A stretch of DNA of 64,000 nucleotides, taken from Bacteroidales bacterium. Its GTDB lineage: Bacteria; Bacteroidota; Bacteroidia; Bacteroidales; VadinHA17. The position numbers and the translations under genes are program-made. A model generated the notes under the pieces. That model was not told where the DNA came from. It saw only the letters and a list, made by a program, of their open reading frames with translations, and did no database searches. Positions 7,149 through 17,624 of the stretch are shown in pieces. Position 1 is the first letter of the stretch, and the number at the start of each line of letters is the position of its first letter. The stretch lies in contig PLLX01000097.1 of NCBI GenBank assembly GCA_003141415.1, positions 10,315-74,314 of the forward strand, written 5' to 3'.

Positions 7149-8225
7149 TTAAAACCGGTTCATCGCATTCAGGTCAGTAAATGCCTCTTTCAGTCTTGCA
7201 ATAAAGGTCTCTTCTCCTTTTCTGAGAAAAACTCTGGGATCATAATACTTTTTATTGGGTTTGTCTTCACCTTCGGGATTGCCGATCTGACTCTGGAGAT
7301 ATCCCTGTTTTTCTTTTGAGTATTTATTTATCCCATCCCAGAAAGCCCATTGCATATCGGTATCAAGGTTCATTTTTACAGCGCCGTATTTAATAGCTTC
7401 CGTAATCAGATTTTTCTCTGATCCTGATCCCCCATGAAATACGAAGTTAACAGGATTAGGACCCGTTTTAAGCTTCTTGATAATATAATCCTGACTATTC
7501 TTAAGAATAATTGGCTTGAGCTCTACATTCCCCGGTTTATAGACCCCATGGACATTACCAAATGATGCTGCAATTGTGAACATGTTGCTTACTTTTAAAA
7601 GCTCTTCATAAGCATAGGCAACGTCCTCCGGCTGAGTATATAAACGTGAGCTGTCAACTCCCGAATGATCTACCCCGTCTTCTTCTCCACCCGTAACGCC
7701 AAGTTCAATCTCGAGTGTCATTCCGATTTTGCTCATTCTCTCAAGATACTTTTTACAGGTTGCTATGTTTTCCTTTAATGGTTCTTCAGAAAGGTCAAGC
7801 ATATGTGAGCTGAAAAGCGGTTTATCGTTAGTTTCAAAGAATTCCTCACCGGCATCGAGCAACGCATCTATCCAGGGAAGAAGTTTGCGCGCCGCATGAT
7901 CAGTATGAAGAATTACTGGAATACCGTAATAATCTGCGACATTATGAACATGAAGAGCCCCGGAGATGCCACCGGCTATCGCCCCAACCTGGTTTTCTTT
8001 TGGCAAACCCAGTCCGCCAAAAAAATGTGCCCCGCCATTTGAAAACTGTACAATAACAGGAGAATTCACAGCTTTTGCAGTTTCCAAAACAGCATTTACA
8101 GAATTGGTTCCAACGACATTTACAGCAGGAATAGCAAAGTCATTCCTGTTTGCATAGTCAAAAAGTGACTTCATATCATCTCCGAAAATCACTCCAGGTT
8201 CCAGTTTTAATTCATTATTAGTCAT
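7149..8225 (-). CDS. fbaA: Class II fructose-1,6-bisphosphate aldolase
   Basis: 358 aa containing AIPAVNVVGTNSVNAVLETA, VILHTDHA and FVFHGGSGS, typical class IIa FBA motifs. Confidence 0.92.
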   Translation of the reverse strand: MTNNELKLEPGVIFGDDMKSLFDYANRNDFAIPAVNVVGTNSVNAVLETAKAVNSPVIVQFSNGGAHFFGGLGLPKENQVGAIAGGISGALHVHNVADYYGIPVILHTDHAARKLLPWIDALLDAGEEFFETNDKPLFSSHMLDLSEEPLKENIATCKKYLERMSKIGMTLEIELGVTGGEEDGVDHSGVDSSRLYTQPEDVAYAYEELLKVSNMFTIAASFGNVHGVYKPGNVELKPIILKNSQDYIIKKLKTGPNPVNFVFHGGSGSEKNLITEAIKYGAVKMNLDTDMQWAFWDGINKYSKEKQGYLQSQIGNPEGEDKPNKKYYDPRVFLRKGEETFIARLKEAFTDLNAMNRF

Positions 8226-8508
8226 ATAATTATGTATTTAATAGATAAAATTATGTCCATTGTCGTTACAAATATAATTAAATTTAAAACCCGTATGAAA
8301 CAATTTAAAAAATGAAAGTCATTATCTTTAATTCACACTTTTAAATAAAATAATTTATTCTCTCTGAGATATTATTTATCTTCGTAAACTTATTTTTAAA
8401 AGATTTCTGATCTGTTATTTGTCAAATGCAATTGAAAAATTTAAACATCAATAGTCTATAACCGACCTTGTTCAATAAAGGTTATCTTCAAAAACCAAAT
8501 AATTAAAT

Positions 8509-9849
8509 ATGAAAAAAATCTTAATACTTATATTTACCTGTCTTCTTTCTTCACAGGGATTAATCTTCTCACAACAAAAAGTATGGTCGCTGGAAGAGTG
8601 TATCAAATATGCTATTGAAAACAATATACAGATAAAACAGCAAGCAATTCAAACCGAGGTTCAAAATAATTCACTCGATCTGGCAAAACTTATATTGTTA
8701 CCAAACGTGAACGGCCAGGCTTCATATTCCTATTCATTTGGCCGTGCGCTCGATCAAAATACCTATCAGTTTTTTAACCAGACTCTTCAGTCCGACTATT
8801 TCTATCTTGGAGGATCAATGCCGGTTTTCAATGGCTTACAGTACTATAATGCAATTCAGAAAAACAAATATCTGGTTCTGGCCAGCCAGCAGGATCTTCA
8901 GGATATAAGTGATAATGTAGCTTTGAATGTCGCACTTGCATACCTTCAGATTCTTTTGAACAAGGAGCTTGTTACAGCAAATGAAAATCAACTCAACATT
9001 ACTTTGCAGCAGATTGAGAAAACAAGGAAACTGGTGGTGGCCGGAAGCGTAGCCAAAGGGAACCTTCTTGAGATAGAAGCGCAGGCAGCACAGGAAGAGC
9101 TCTCTCTGATCACTCAGAAAAACCTGCTCGAAACGTCTTTTCTTACTCTCACTCAATTTCTTGAGCTTAAAACACCATCAGGATTTGAAGTTGTCGTTCC
9201 TGAGATCAATGTTGATACAAATGCAGTTATTTCAGGTAATATTGATGACATTTATGCTATTGCAGAGAAAAACAGGCCGGAAATAAAAAGCTCAGAGTTG
9301 AAACTTACAGCCAGCGAATATGGTCTGAAAATGGCAAAAGGAGGCCGGAGCCCAATAGTTTCCTTAAACTATTCTTTAAACAGCCGTTATACCTACCTCA
9401 CTAATCAACCTGGAATTGAGTCCTTTAATAACCAGATAAAAAACAATAAAAACGAGGGAGTCGGCCTGACACTAAATATTCCTATTTTAAATGGCTGGCA
9501 GGTTAATAAGAACATTTCAAATTCAAAACTAAATGTTGAAAGCAGTAAATACGCTCTTGAAGGAACACAAAAACAACTTTATAAGAATATTCAACAGGCA
9601 TATACTGATGCTGTAGCAGCCCTCAAAAAATATAACGTAAGTCTCAAAGCTATTGCCTCAACTGAAGAATCTTTCAGATATACCGAACAAAAATTTAATG
9701 TTGGAATGGTTACTCCTGTCGACTATAATGCTGCAAAAACCCAGCTGCTTAAATCACAATCGGATATGGCACAGGCAAAATATGAATTTATCTTTAAAAC
9801 CAAAGTACTTGATTTCTATAAAGGCATACCGTTAAATCTTAATCAATAA
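8509..9849 (+). CDS. TolC-family outer-membrane efflux protein
   Basis: Signal peptide, then LSLEECIKYAIENNIQIK and a duplicated coiled-coil/beta repeat architecture. 446 aa. Confidence 0.85.
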   Translation: MKKILILIFTCLLSSQGLIFSQQKVWSLEECIKYAIENNIQIKQQAIQTEVQNNSLDLAKLILLPNVNGQASYSYSFGRALDQNTYQFFNQTLQSDYFYLGGSMPVFNGLQYYNAIQKNKYLVLASQQDLQDISDNVALNVALAYLQILLNKELVTANENQLNITLQQIEKTRKLVVAGSVAKGNLLEIEAQAAQEELSLITQKNLLETSFLTLTQFLELKTPSGFEVVVPEINVDTNAVISGNIDDIYAIAEKNRPEIKSSELKLTASEYGLKMAKGGRSPIVSLNYSLNSRYTYLTNQPGIESFNNQIKNNKNEGVGLTLNIPILNGWQVNKNISNSKLNVESSKYALEGTQKQLYKNIQQAYTDAVAALKKYNVSLKAIASTEESFRYTEQKFNVGMVTPVDYNAAKTQLLKSQSDMAQAKYEFIFKTKVLDFYKGIPLNLNQ

Positions 9850-9882
9850 TCATAATACAAAATCATTTTAAGATACAAAAAC

Positions 9883-11142
9883 ATGAAAAACAATAAGATA
9901 CTTAAGATTTTACTTCCTATAGTAATTGTCCTGATACTCTTTGCAGTAATTGGAAAGAAAGCAGGCTGGTTTGGTAAAGCTTTAACGGTGAAGGTTGCTG
10001 TTGAGAATGCTGAAAAACGTACAATCGTTGAAACAATTACGGCAAATGGTAAAATTCAGCCTGAAAAAGAAGTTAAAATAAGTCCGGATGTATCAGGCGA
10101 AATTGTAGAATTGACAATAAAAGAGGGATACAGTGTTGAAAAAGGCCAATTATTGCTCAGAATAAAACCCGATAATTACATTTCCCAGAGAGATAGATCT
10201 TTGGCAGAAATAAGCTCGGCCCAGGCCCGCCGTGCTCAATCAGAAGCTCAGTTTACTCAGGCAGAACTGTCATTTAAAAGAAACAAACAATTATTTGACC
10301 AACAGACTATTTCAAAGTCTGATTTTGAGCAGGCTGAAGCAACCTATAATGTGGCAAAAGCAGAACTTGATGCAGCAAAGTTTGCAATAACAAGTGCTGA
10401 GGCTTCACTTAAAGATGCAAATGAAAACCTTACCAAGACATCGATTTATGCTCCGATGACAGGTACAGTTTCAATGCTTCTCGTGGAACTCGGTGAAAGA
10501 GTTGCAGGAACAAATCTGATGGCTGGAACAGAATTAATGCGTGTTGCTGATCTGTCACGCATGGAAGCTCAGGTTCAGGTAAATGAAAATGATATTCCGA
10601 GGGTTAAACTGGGAGACACAGCTCTCATTGAAGTAGATGCATATCTCGATCAGAAATTCAAAGGAATTGTAACTGAAATTGCAAATTCAGCCAAGACAAC
10701 AGGTGTATCAGCTGATCAGGTAACGAACTTTGATGTGAAGATTCTGGTTCTTCCCCAGTCATATCAGAAACTTGTTGATGCCGGTGATAAAAACCCTTTC
10801 AGACCCGGAATGTCAGCAACAGTTGATATACGTACCCAATCAAAACCAAATATAATTACTGTTCCGATACAATCTGTCACAACCCGTACCGATACGACTA
10901 AAGTTGCAGGTACTCCTTCAGAAAAAGATATCCGTACCATCGTATTTGTTACCGATGGGAAATATGCTCTCGCAAAGGACGTTAAAACCGGAATCCAGGA
11001 TAATTCCTATATTGAAATCCTTTCCGGCATATCATTAAATGATCGGGTAATCTCTTCTCCTTTCAGTGCAATCAGTAAAAAATTATCCGATAGCACCCAG
11101 ATTGAGGTAGTGAAAAAAGAGGAACTCTTTAAAGTGAAATAG
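9883..11142 (+). CDS. Efflux periplasmic adaptor (HlyD/MacA-type membrane fusion protein)
   Basis: N-terminal TM, lipoyl-like GEIVELTIKEGYSVEKGQLLLRI, a long coiled coil, and IYAPMTGTVS. Confidence 0.85.
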   Translation: MKNNKILKILLPIVIVLILFAVIGKKAGWFGKALTVKVAVENAEKRTIVETITANGKIQPEKEVKISPDVSGEIVELTIKEGYSVEKGQLLLRIKPDNYISQRDRSLAEISSAQARRAQSEAQFTQAELSFKRNKQLFDQQTISKSDFEQAEATYNVAKAELDAAKFAITSAEASLKDANENLTKTSIYAPMTGTVSMLLVELGERVAGTNLMAGTELMRVADLSRMEAQVQVNENDIPRVKLGDTALIEVDAYLDQKFKGIVTEIANSAKTTGVSADQVTNFDVKILVLPQSYQKLVDAGDKNPFRPGMSATVDIRTQSKPNIITVPIQSVTTRTDTTKVAGTPSEKDIRTIVFVTDGKYALAKDVKTGIQDNSYIEILSGISLNDRVISSPFSAISKKLSDSTQIEVVKKEELFKVK

Positions 11143-11165
11143 GTAGCTGGTATCCCTTTCAAAAC

Positions 11166-11870
11166 ATGATTATATGTCTTGAAACTGCGACAAACCTTTG
11201 CTCAGTGGCATTATGTGACAGTGCCGGTGTAATCTCTTTGCGAGAAAGCAATGAGTTGAAATCACATGCCTCCCTGCTCACAGTGTTTATTGAGGAAATC
11301 CTCAGGGATCACGGAATAAAAGCGCGTGACCTTGAAGCCGTTGCTGTAAGTAAAGGACCCGGATCTTATACAGGACTACGCATAGGTGTATCTGTAGCTA
11401 AAGGAATTGCGTATGGAGCATCAATTCCACTAATAGGTATAGAAACCACTCTTTCGATGTTTTGGGGGATTACCGGGAGTAAGTATTTCATTGCAGAAAG
11501 TGAAATGAATTCACTTTTCTGCCCTATGCTCGATGCCCGAAGAATGGAAGTTTATTATGCTATATTTGACTCAGCTGGAAATAGAATAAAGGATATTTCA
11601 GCAGAAATAATCTCTGGAGATACATTTGTCAATTTTCCTGAATCACAGAAGATTATCTTCTTTGGTGACGGAGCACTTAAATGCCGGGAGGTTATTAATC
11701 GTAAAAACGCTCTTTTTGCTGTTGATTACATGATATCAGCTTCCCATATGCACAAACCCGTATTTCAGGCATTTAAAGATCACCATTTTGAAGACGTAGC
11801 CTACTTTGAACCATTATATCTTAAAGATTTTATTACTTCTAAACCCAGAAAAAACATTCTTGGAAAATAA
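11166..11870 (+). CDS. tsaB: tRNA t6A biosynthesis protein TsaB (YeaZ)
   Basis: ICLETATNLCSVAL...VSKGPGSYTGLRIGVSVAKG is the TsaB signature. Confidence 0.85.
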   Translation: MIICLETATNLCSVALCDSAGVISLRESNELKSHASLLTVFIEEILRDHGIKARDLEAVAVSKGPGSYTGLRIGVSVAKGIAYGASIPLIGIETTLSMFWGITGSKYFIAESEMNSLFCPMLDARRMEVYYAIFDSAGNRIKDISAEIISGDTFVNFPESQKIIFFGDGALKCREVINRKNALFAVDYMISASHMHKPVFQAFKDHHFEDVAYFEPLYLKDFITSKPRKNILGK

Positions 11871-11904
11871 TCTGCACAATAACTGCGTTCCAGCAGGAAG
11901 GAAT

Positions 11905-12684
11905 ATGAAAAGAATTTATTGCATCACCGGTGTTATATTGCTAATGTCAGCTTTTGCGGAGGGTCAGGCAGTGTCGTATAAAGTCGGCGAGAAAGTGACT
12001 TATGCAATTCAATACGCGTTTATTACTGCCGGAAGCGGAACGCTTGAGTTAAGTAGTGACACTCTTAACGGGAAAGAGGTATGGCATTCAAAATTAGCAG
12101 CAAGAACGACAGGGATGGCTGAAACTCTTTTTAAGGTTCTGGATATTTACGAGAGTTTCATTGACCCTTCTACTGAATTACCTGTGAAGTCAATCAGAAA
12201 CATTCACGAAGGCAGATATAAAAAATACAATATTGTTTTATTTGATCATAAAACCAGGGCTGATTCGAGTATTCTGACCAGCGATCTCACAGGGAAACAC
12301 ATCGCTCCTCCGCGAATTCACGATATTCTCTCCTGTTTCTACTTCTTTCGTAACCATATTCTTCCTGTTGACAGCAATCTGAAAAAAGGTGAATTAACAA
12401 CCATAATTACCTGGTTCTGTGATGAACTTTATCCTATCAGGTTAAAATATTTAGGGACTGATGAAGTAAAAACCAGAGTCGGGAAAATTAGATGTTACAA
12501 GTTTAATCCTGTTACAGAAACCGGAAGACTTTTCAAAACTGAAGAAGATGTTACTTTCTGGTTTTCGGCTGATAAGAATTTTTTACCGGTTAAGATACGA
12601 TTTGATATATTTGTAGGTGCGTTTACATGTGAAATTATGAGTTATAAGGGGTTGGTTTACCCCCTTGAGACTATTGAGAAATAG
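11905..12684 (+). CDS. DUF3108 domain protein (secreted)
   Basis: The likely start is MKRIYCITGVILLMSAFAEGQ at 11905. The ORF-track start at 11806 overlaps tsaB. GEKVTYAIQYAFITAGSGTLEL...VLDIYESFIDP...EGRYKKYNIVLFD is DUF3108-like. Confidence 0.7.
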   Translation: MKRIYCITGVILLMSAFAEGQAVSYKVGEKVTYAIQYAFITAGSGTLELSSDTLNGKEVWHSKLAARTTGMAETLFKVLDIYESFIDPSTELPVKSIRNIHEGRYKKYNIVLFDHKTRADSSILTSDLTGKHIAPPRIHDILSCFYFFRNHILPVDSNLKKGELTTIITWFCDELYPIRLKYLGTDEVKTRVGKIRCYKFNPVTETGRLFKTEEDVTFWFSADKNFLPVKIRFDIFVGAFTCEIMSYKGLVYPLETIEK

Positions 12685-12716
12685 ATTAATTAATTAATTG
12701 AATAACATAAATATTT

Positions 12717-13283
12717 ATGGCAAGTACTGCAGATTTTAGAAATGGATTAGTCATTGAATTCAATAATGACCTTTATACAATCGTGCAATTTCAGCATGTT
12801 AAGCCCGGCAAAGGACCTGCTTTTGTACGAACTAAACTTAAGAACCTCAAAAGCGGGAGAGTAATTGATAATACCTTTTCGTCAGGTACCAAAGTGACCC
12901 TGGCCAGAGTTGAACGACGCCCCTATCAATATCTTTATAAGGACGATATGGGCTATTACTTCATGCACCTTGAAACCTTTGAACAGATCCATGTACCAGA
13001 ATCATTGATTGAAAATAATGAATTTCTCCTGGAGGGAGCAAGTGTCGAGATAGTTGTTCATGCAGATACTGAGACTGTCCTTTCTGTAGATATCCCTCAG
13101 TCTGTTGTTATGGTGGTTACCTATTCCGAGCCTGGTTTAAGAGGTGATACGGCCAACAATGCACTGAAACAGGCAAAAGTCCAGAACGGTTCAATAATTA
13201 TGGTTCCATTATTTGTAAATACCGGTGATAAAATAAGAATTGATACACGCGACAAATCGTACGTTGAAAGAGTTAAGGGATAA
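12717..13283 (+). CDS. efp: Elongation factor P
   Basis: DFRNGLVIEFNNDLYTIVQFQHVKPGKGPAFVRTKLKNLKSG. Confidence 0.95.
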   Translation: MASTADFRNGLVIEFNNDLYTIVQFQHVKPGKGPAFVRTKLKNLKSGRVIDNTFSSGTKVTLARVERRPYQYLYKDDMGYYFMHLETFEQIHVPESLIENNEFLLEGASVEIVVHADTETVLSVDIPQSVVMVVTYSEPGLRGDTANNALKQAKVQNGSIIMVPLFVNTGDKIRIDTRDKSYVERVKG

Positions 13284-13291
13284 ACAGAATC

Positions 13292-14518
13292 ATGGAAGAT
13301 AAAAAAGGTTTTACTGACAGATTAAAGATTTCCAAATTTAAATTAGACTCATTGCTTGATATTACTTTATCGATCAATGCAAATCTGCCGACTGAGGACC
13401 TTTTATCTAAATATGAATTCATCCTGAGGAACAACCTGGGAATCGGTAAAATCCTTATATTCAAACATTCCGGCATCTGGGAATGCCTTTTGAACGGAGG
13501 TTTTCCTAAACATTTTGAAACCATTGATGTAGAATCAAGACTAATGGGTATATGTGAGATTTTTTTCGGTGCTCCCGACCTTGGTTTCGAAGGAGTTGAT
13601 ATAATTGTACCGGTATATAATAACAACGTTCATCTCGCTTTTGTTTTTATTGGTGATATTGAGGAGGAAGGAGAAGGAATGAGTCCTGTTCTGAAACATC
13701 TGAATTTCATACAGACTATTTCCAGCATTATTATAGTTGCTATTGAGAACATCAGACTATTCAATGAAAGTCTGCACCAGGAAGCTATGAAAAAAGAGCT
13801 CGAACTGGCGGCCAAAATGCAAAGAATGCTCATCCCTGATAACAGCCAGATGCCAAAGAATCCCAAAGTTATAGTAAACGGATTTTATTTCCCTCACTAT
13901 GAAGTTGGCGGGGACTATTATGATTGCATAAGGTTATCCGAAACAAAAACAGGCTTTTGTATTGCCGATGTCTCAGGTAAAGGAATCTCAGCAGCTATAT
14001 TGATGTCGAATTTCCAGGCAAGTTTAAGAGCACTCTTTACCTATGATATTGAGCTTGTAGCACTCGTTAAAAAACTCAATTCAATTGTGGTTGTCAATGC
14101 GGCAGGTGAAAAATTCATAACATTATTTGTTGCAAGGTATGATCATAAAAGCAGGGTGCTTGAATACATCAATGCCGCCCATAATCCTCCAGTGATCTAT
14201 AATACAGTTTCCGGAGAGATTCTTCATCTAAGGACTTCATGCGTTGGTATAGGTATGCTTGATGAAATACCCTCGGTACAGAAATCTGAAATTATAATAA
14301 GAGATTTTTCAAAGATTGTTTGTTATACAGATGGCTTTTCTGAGCTAAAGTATGCCAACGGCAAGGAGATTGGAACGGGGGAAATTATTCGTCATATCTC
14401 TAATACAGAACCCGTTGAAAATAATATCAGGGAAATGATAAACGACCTCGGACTGCCGCATAATAATCCTTCAACATTTGATGATGTATCGATTATCGCT
14501 GCGGACCTGGTGAAATAA
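13292..14518 (+). CDS. PP2C-family Ser/Thr phosphatase (SpoIIE/RsbU type) with a GAF-like N-terminus
   Basis: VGGDYYD, DVSGKGISAAILM, YTDGFSE and DDVSIIAADL. Confidence 0.85.
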   Translation: MEDKKGFTDRLKISKFKLDSLLDITLSINANLPTEDLLSKYEFILRNNLGIGKILIFKHSGIWECLLNGGFPKHFETIDVESRLMGICEIFFGAPDLGFEGVDIIVPVYNNNVHLAFVFIGDIEEEGEGMSPVLKHLNFIQTISSIIIVAIENIRLFNESLHQEAMKKELELAAKMQRMLIPDNSQMPKNPKVIVNGFYFPHYEVGGDYYDCIRLSETKTGFCIADVSGKGISAAILMSNFQASLRALFTYDIELVALVKKLNSIVVVNAAGEKFITLFVARYDHKSRVLEYINAAHNPPVIYNTVSGEILHLRTSCVGIGMLDEIPSVQKSEIIIRDFSKIVCYTDGFSELKYANGKEIGTGEIIRHISNTEPVENNIREMINDLGLPHNNPSTFDDVSIIAADLVK

Positions 14519-14543
14519 CTTCTAACTTACCCTTACTTTTACA

Positions 14544-14796
14544 AACCCGTTAAAATTCTCTTTAACCTCTACGAGGTATTGTGGCTGGAGATACAATCAT
14601 TTCTACAATACCATAAGCCCTACGGGCTATGAGCCTTTCATAAACTCGGACTTCCTGAGCCTATAGCAATGACGTTTTTCCTATATTACTGACAAATATT
14701 TCTCCATTCGCCATAGGCGATATGGTATTGTAGAAAATGTGTCCACCCTGATATTTTTTACCGCGTAGTGGTTAAACATTTTACATAACGGTTAAG
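14544..14796. repeat. Roughly 250-bp imperfect palindromic (MITE-like) element
   Basis: Arms CATTTCTACAATACCATA (14598-14615) and TATGGTATTGTAGAAAATG (14721-14739) pair. Mirrored 5-bp-stem/3-nt-loop hairpins are at 14565-14577, 14616-14628, 14708-14720 and 14760-14772. Outer AACCCGTT/AACGGTT strings extend the symmetry. Confidence 0.7.
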
Positions 14797-14864
14797 ACTC
14801 TCTTTTGTTCTTCCCAGATACGATGTTTAGAGACACAATTTTATTAAATTTAAAATAATAATAG

Positions 14865-16829
14865 TTAATATGACCTCAACCGAATTAATGAAATCAGTTT
14901 CTTTCGATCTATTCCCCCTCCAATTTGTGAGATTACTGGTAAGTTATGATTTCTAACAACCAATTTAGATTCTATTATTTCTTCATAATCTTTTTTAGTT
15001 TTCTCGTATCTGTAAAAATAAATTATTGAACCCTTTTTCTTTTTTTGTATTAAACTGTCCTTTTTGTTTAGATGAAACGGGCTTGTTAATTCAATAAGTT
15101 GTATATAATCATTCTTAGATAACATATTATAATTAAGATTAGTTTTTGCTTCGCTTAATGCAAAAGGTAAGACATCCAAAATTATAAGGCCTAATTGATT
15201 AAGTTCTTCAATAAAAATTTCCTTGTTTGGAATAGGTTTATTTAATATTGCTTCTAGATCTTTACGATAAAAAAACTGAGTATTCTTAGAAATTGGATTA
15301 TAAATATAATTTTTCTTGTCTCCCCATAAAGGCGCTTCAGAAATCATTACATAGTTGATTGAATGTACGTTTGTATATTGCTTATCCCAAAGTAATTCAA
15401 TCTCATTATAAGCAGAATGAATATACTCTTTATCCTTAATATATAAATCAAAAAGATTCTTCTCTATATACCATTTCTGAAGAATTTTATCAAGTTCTTT
15501 CCACTGGTCTTCATATATTATAATATCTTTAAGCGAGTTTTTGATTCTAATTAAAGTAAAATTCTTTTTACCTTTTTGCAGGAGCATATATTTATTATTA
15601 AGTAACATGTCTCCGTGTACTTTTTGCTCTATATCATTAACTTTTTCTTTATTTATACTAAACCCTCCTTGCTGAACTAAACGTTTTAATTCACTCTTTG
15701 ATGGAAAGATTTTTGTGTGTACAGAGCATATATCTCCGATTGAAACATCAGACGTAATAAACTCTCTACTTAATTCAACTACTGGAGCTGATTCAAAAAC
15801 AGAGAGGAAGGTATTCTCACTCATCTTTTTCAGTGATTCGGTTGTACCCTTGCCAAATAAAATCAGAGATGCCTCAACAGCACCTTCATATTCGCTCCTC
15901 GAATGGACCATAACGGTGACCTCTTCGGAAAGTCTTTTCTGAAGAAGTCTTTCATGAGGAGCTTTGTAGTGTTCAGAAATGATCTCTTCAATCTCTTTTT
16001 GAGGCAGAACAGTAAAGATTTTTATATATTTTGCTGCATCTTCATCAGAAACATTCAACCAGAACTGGTAAAACTGATAGGGGGTGGTTTTTTCAGGGTC
16101 GAGCCATACATTACCCGATTCTGTTTTCCCAAATTTAGTCCCGTCCGATTTTGTTATCAGGGGACAAGTGAGAGCAAAAGCTTCACCACCTGCCTTCCGA
16201 CGGATAAGCTCTGTGCCTGTTACAATATTCCCCCATTGATCGGAGCCACCCATCTGGAGCTTACAGTTGAAATTATTAAAGAGATGCAGAAAATCAGTTC
16301 CCTGGACAAGCTGGTATGAAAATTCCGTAAATGACATTCCCTCTTTAGATTCTGACCCGATTCTTTTCTTAACCGAATCTTTCGACATCATATAATTAAC
16401 CGTAATATGTTTCCCGATGTCTCTTATAAATCCCAGGAAAGAATATTCTTTCATCCAGTCATAATTATTTACCATAACCGCCCGGTTATCATTATCTGAC
16501 TCGAAATCGAGAAATTTGGAAAGTTGTTTCTTTATGGCTTCCTGATTTTTCCTCAGAGATACTTCATCGAGCAGGTTTCTCTCTTCCGATTTACCTGAAG
16601 GGTCCCCTATCATACCGGTTGCTCCGCCAACGAGAGCAATTGGTGTATGTCCGCTCCGCTGAAAATGAACAAGCAGCATAACCTGAACCATATGACCTAT
16701 ATGTAATGAGTCGGCAGTAGGATCGAATCCGATATATCCGCTGGTTTTTTCCTTTTTTAATAATTCTTCAGTACCTGGCATAATATCATGTATCATGCCT
16801 CTCCATTTCAGTTCATCAACAAAATTCAT
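14865..16829 (-). CDS. tyrS: Tyrosyl-tRNA synthetase (about 430 aa, including the S4-like domain) read through into a 224-aa AT-rich C-terminal extension of unknown function
   Basis: [13 protein letters not shown] (HIGH motif), KFGKT (KMSKS-like), S4-like [18 protein letters not shown], and the normal end [15 protein letters not shown]. The frame then continues [16 protein letters not shown]... to 14865 with no stop. Confidence 0.9.
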   Translation of the reverse strand: MNFVDELKWRGMIHDIMPGTEELLKKEKTSGYIGFDPTADSLHIGHMVQVMLLVHFQRSGHTPIALVGGATGMIGDPSGKSEERNLLDEVSLRKNQEAIKKQLSKFLDFESDNDNRAVMVNNYDWMKEYSFLGFIRDIGKHITVNYMMSKDSVKKRIGSESKEGMSFTEFSYQLVQGTDFLHLFNNFNCKLQMGGSDQWGNIVTGTELIRRKAGGEAFALTCPLITKSDGTKFGKTESGNVWLDPEKTTPYQFYQFWLNVSDEDAAKYIKIFTVLPQKEIEEIISEHYKAPHERLLQKRLSEEVTVMVHSRSEYEGAVEASLILFGKGTTESLKKMSENTFLSVFESAPVVELSREFITSDVSIGDICSVHTKIFPSKSELKRLVQQGGFSINKEKVNDIEQKVHGDMLLNNKYMLLQKGKKNFTLIRIKNSLKDIIIYEDQWKELDKILQKWYIEKNLFDLYIKDKEYIHSAYNEIELLWDKQYTNVHSINYVMISEAPLWGDKKNYIYNPISKNTQFFYRKDLEAILNKPIPNKEIFIEELNQLGLIILDVLPFALSEAKTNLNYNMLSKNDYIQLIELTSPFHLNKKDSLIQKKKKGSIIYFYRYEKTKKDYEEIIESKLVVRNHNLPVISQIGGGIDRKKLISLIRLRSY

Positions 16830-16867
16830 AAAACATTATTTGAGAGTTGCAAATATAACAAACAGGG

Positions 16868-17404
16868 TCAGATAACAGGCTCTTCCGGTTTCTTTTTAAA
16901 CCTGTCGAAGCTGTGATTAAAACCACCCTCTCCTATTATCGGGAAGATAGCCGGGGCGATATCGGAAATCGGATTATAAAACTTTGATTCTTCAATTGTT
17001 TTCTTAGGAAGGAATGGATGCCTGACATCAATTGCATTCAATACTACAAAGCATACGCTCATTATAAGAACTGCCTTAAGTAATCCGAATACAATACCCA
17101 GAATCCTGTTTATAAAGCCCAGAGCAGCTGCGTTCACAATTTTGTCAGCCAGTATCCCGATAAAATGAATTAGTACTACAATTATTCCGAATGTAATAAG
17201 GAACGCTATTACACCAACATAATGGCCGGTCATATCAAAATAATCATACAGTTTCCCGGCAGTAAATGTCGAAAATTTGATAGCGCCCCAGATTCCAAGT
17301 ATCAATGCAGTGAGTGAAGCCACTTCTTTTACCAGTCCATTAATAAATCCCGTTACCAGTGACAAAATGAGGACAACAACTATAAAAGCATCTAACCAGT
17401 TCAT
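16868..17404 (-). CDS. cvpA: CvpA-family membrane protein
   Basis: MNWLDAFIVVVLILSLVTGFINGLVKEV and four TM segments. Confidence 0.8.
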   Translation of the reverse strand: MNWLDAFIVVVLILSLVTGFINGLVKEVASLTALILGIWGAIKFSTFTAGKLYDYFDMTGHYVGVIAFLITFGIIVVLIHFIGILADKIVNAAALGFINRILGIVFGLLKAVLIMSVCFVVLNAIDVRHPFLPKKTIEESKFYNPISDIAPAIFPIIGEGGFNHSFDRFKKKPEEPVI

Positions 17405-17624
17405 AATAACTATTTTTTATAGAACCAAAGATAATTTATTTTTCAGAAGGAATGTATAGGACACATGACACCGGATATACGACTCAGTTTTTCTGAGATG
17501 GTTCTTCCTCGACTTTAAGAAATCAGGAAACACTAAATACTAAAAGTGCCAATTCCATCCATCTGAGCTGGGCTGGGTTTGATGGACCTTAATTTGACTT
17601 GCATTATTACATTTCATAATTTAA

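Noticed and set aside
11806-11904. N-terminal extensions proposed by the ORF track for several genes: 11806, 17770, 23661, 44762, 62312, 62574
   Set aside because: These extensions start at alternative codons or overlap upstream genes. They also precede obvious signal peptides or conserved N-termini, so I preferred the internal ATG starts.
13273-13866. Minus-strand ORFs of 117 aa and 78 aa
   Set aside because: They are antisense to the PP2C phosphatase gene and have no motifs.
15715-16319. Plus-strand ORFs of 75 aa and 138 aa
   Set aside because: They are antisense to tyrS, which has unambiguous HIGH and KMSKS-like motifs.
16830-16867. T-box leader upstream of tyrS
   Set aside because: Only 38 nt separate tyrS from cvpA, which leaves no room for a T-box, and no specifier or T-box sequence is visible.
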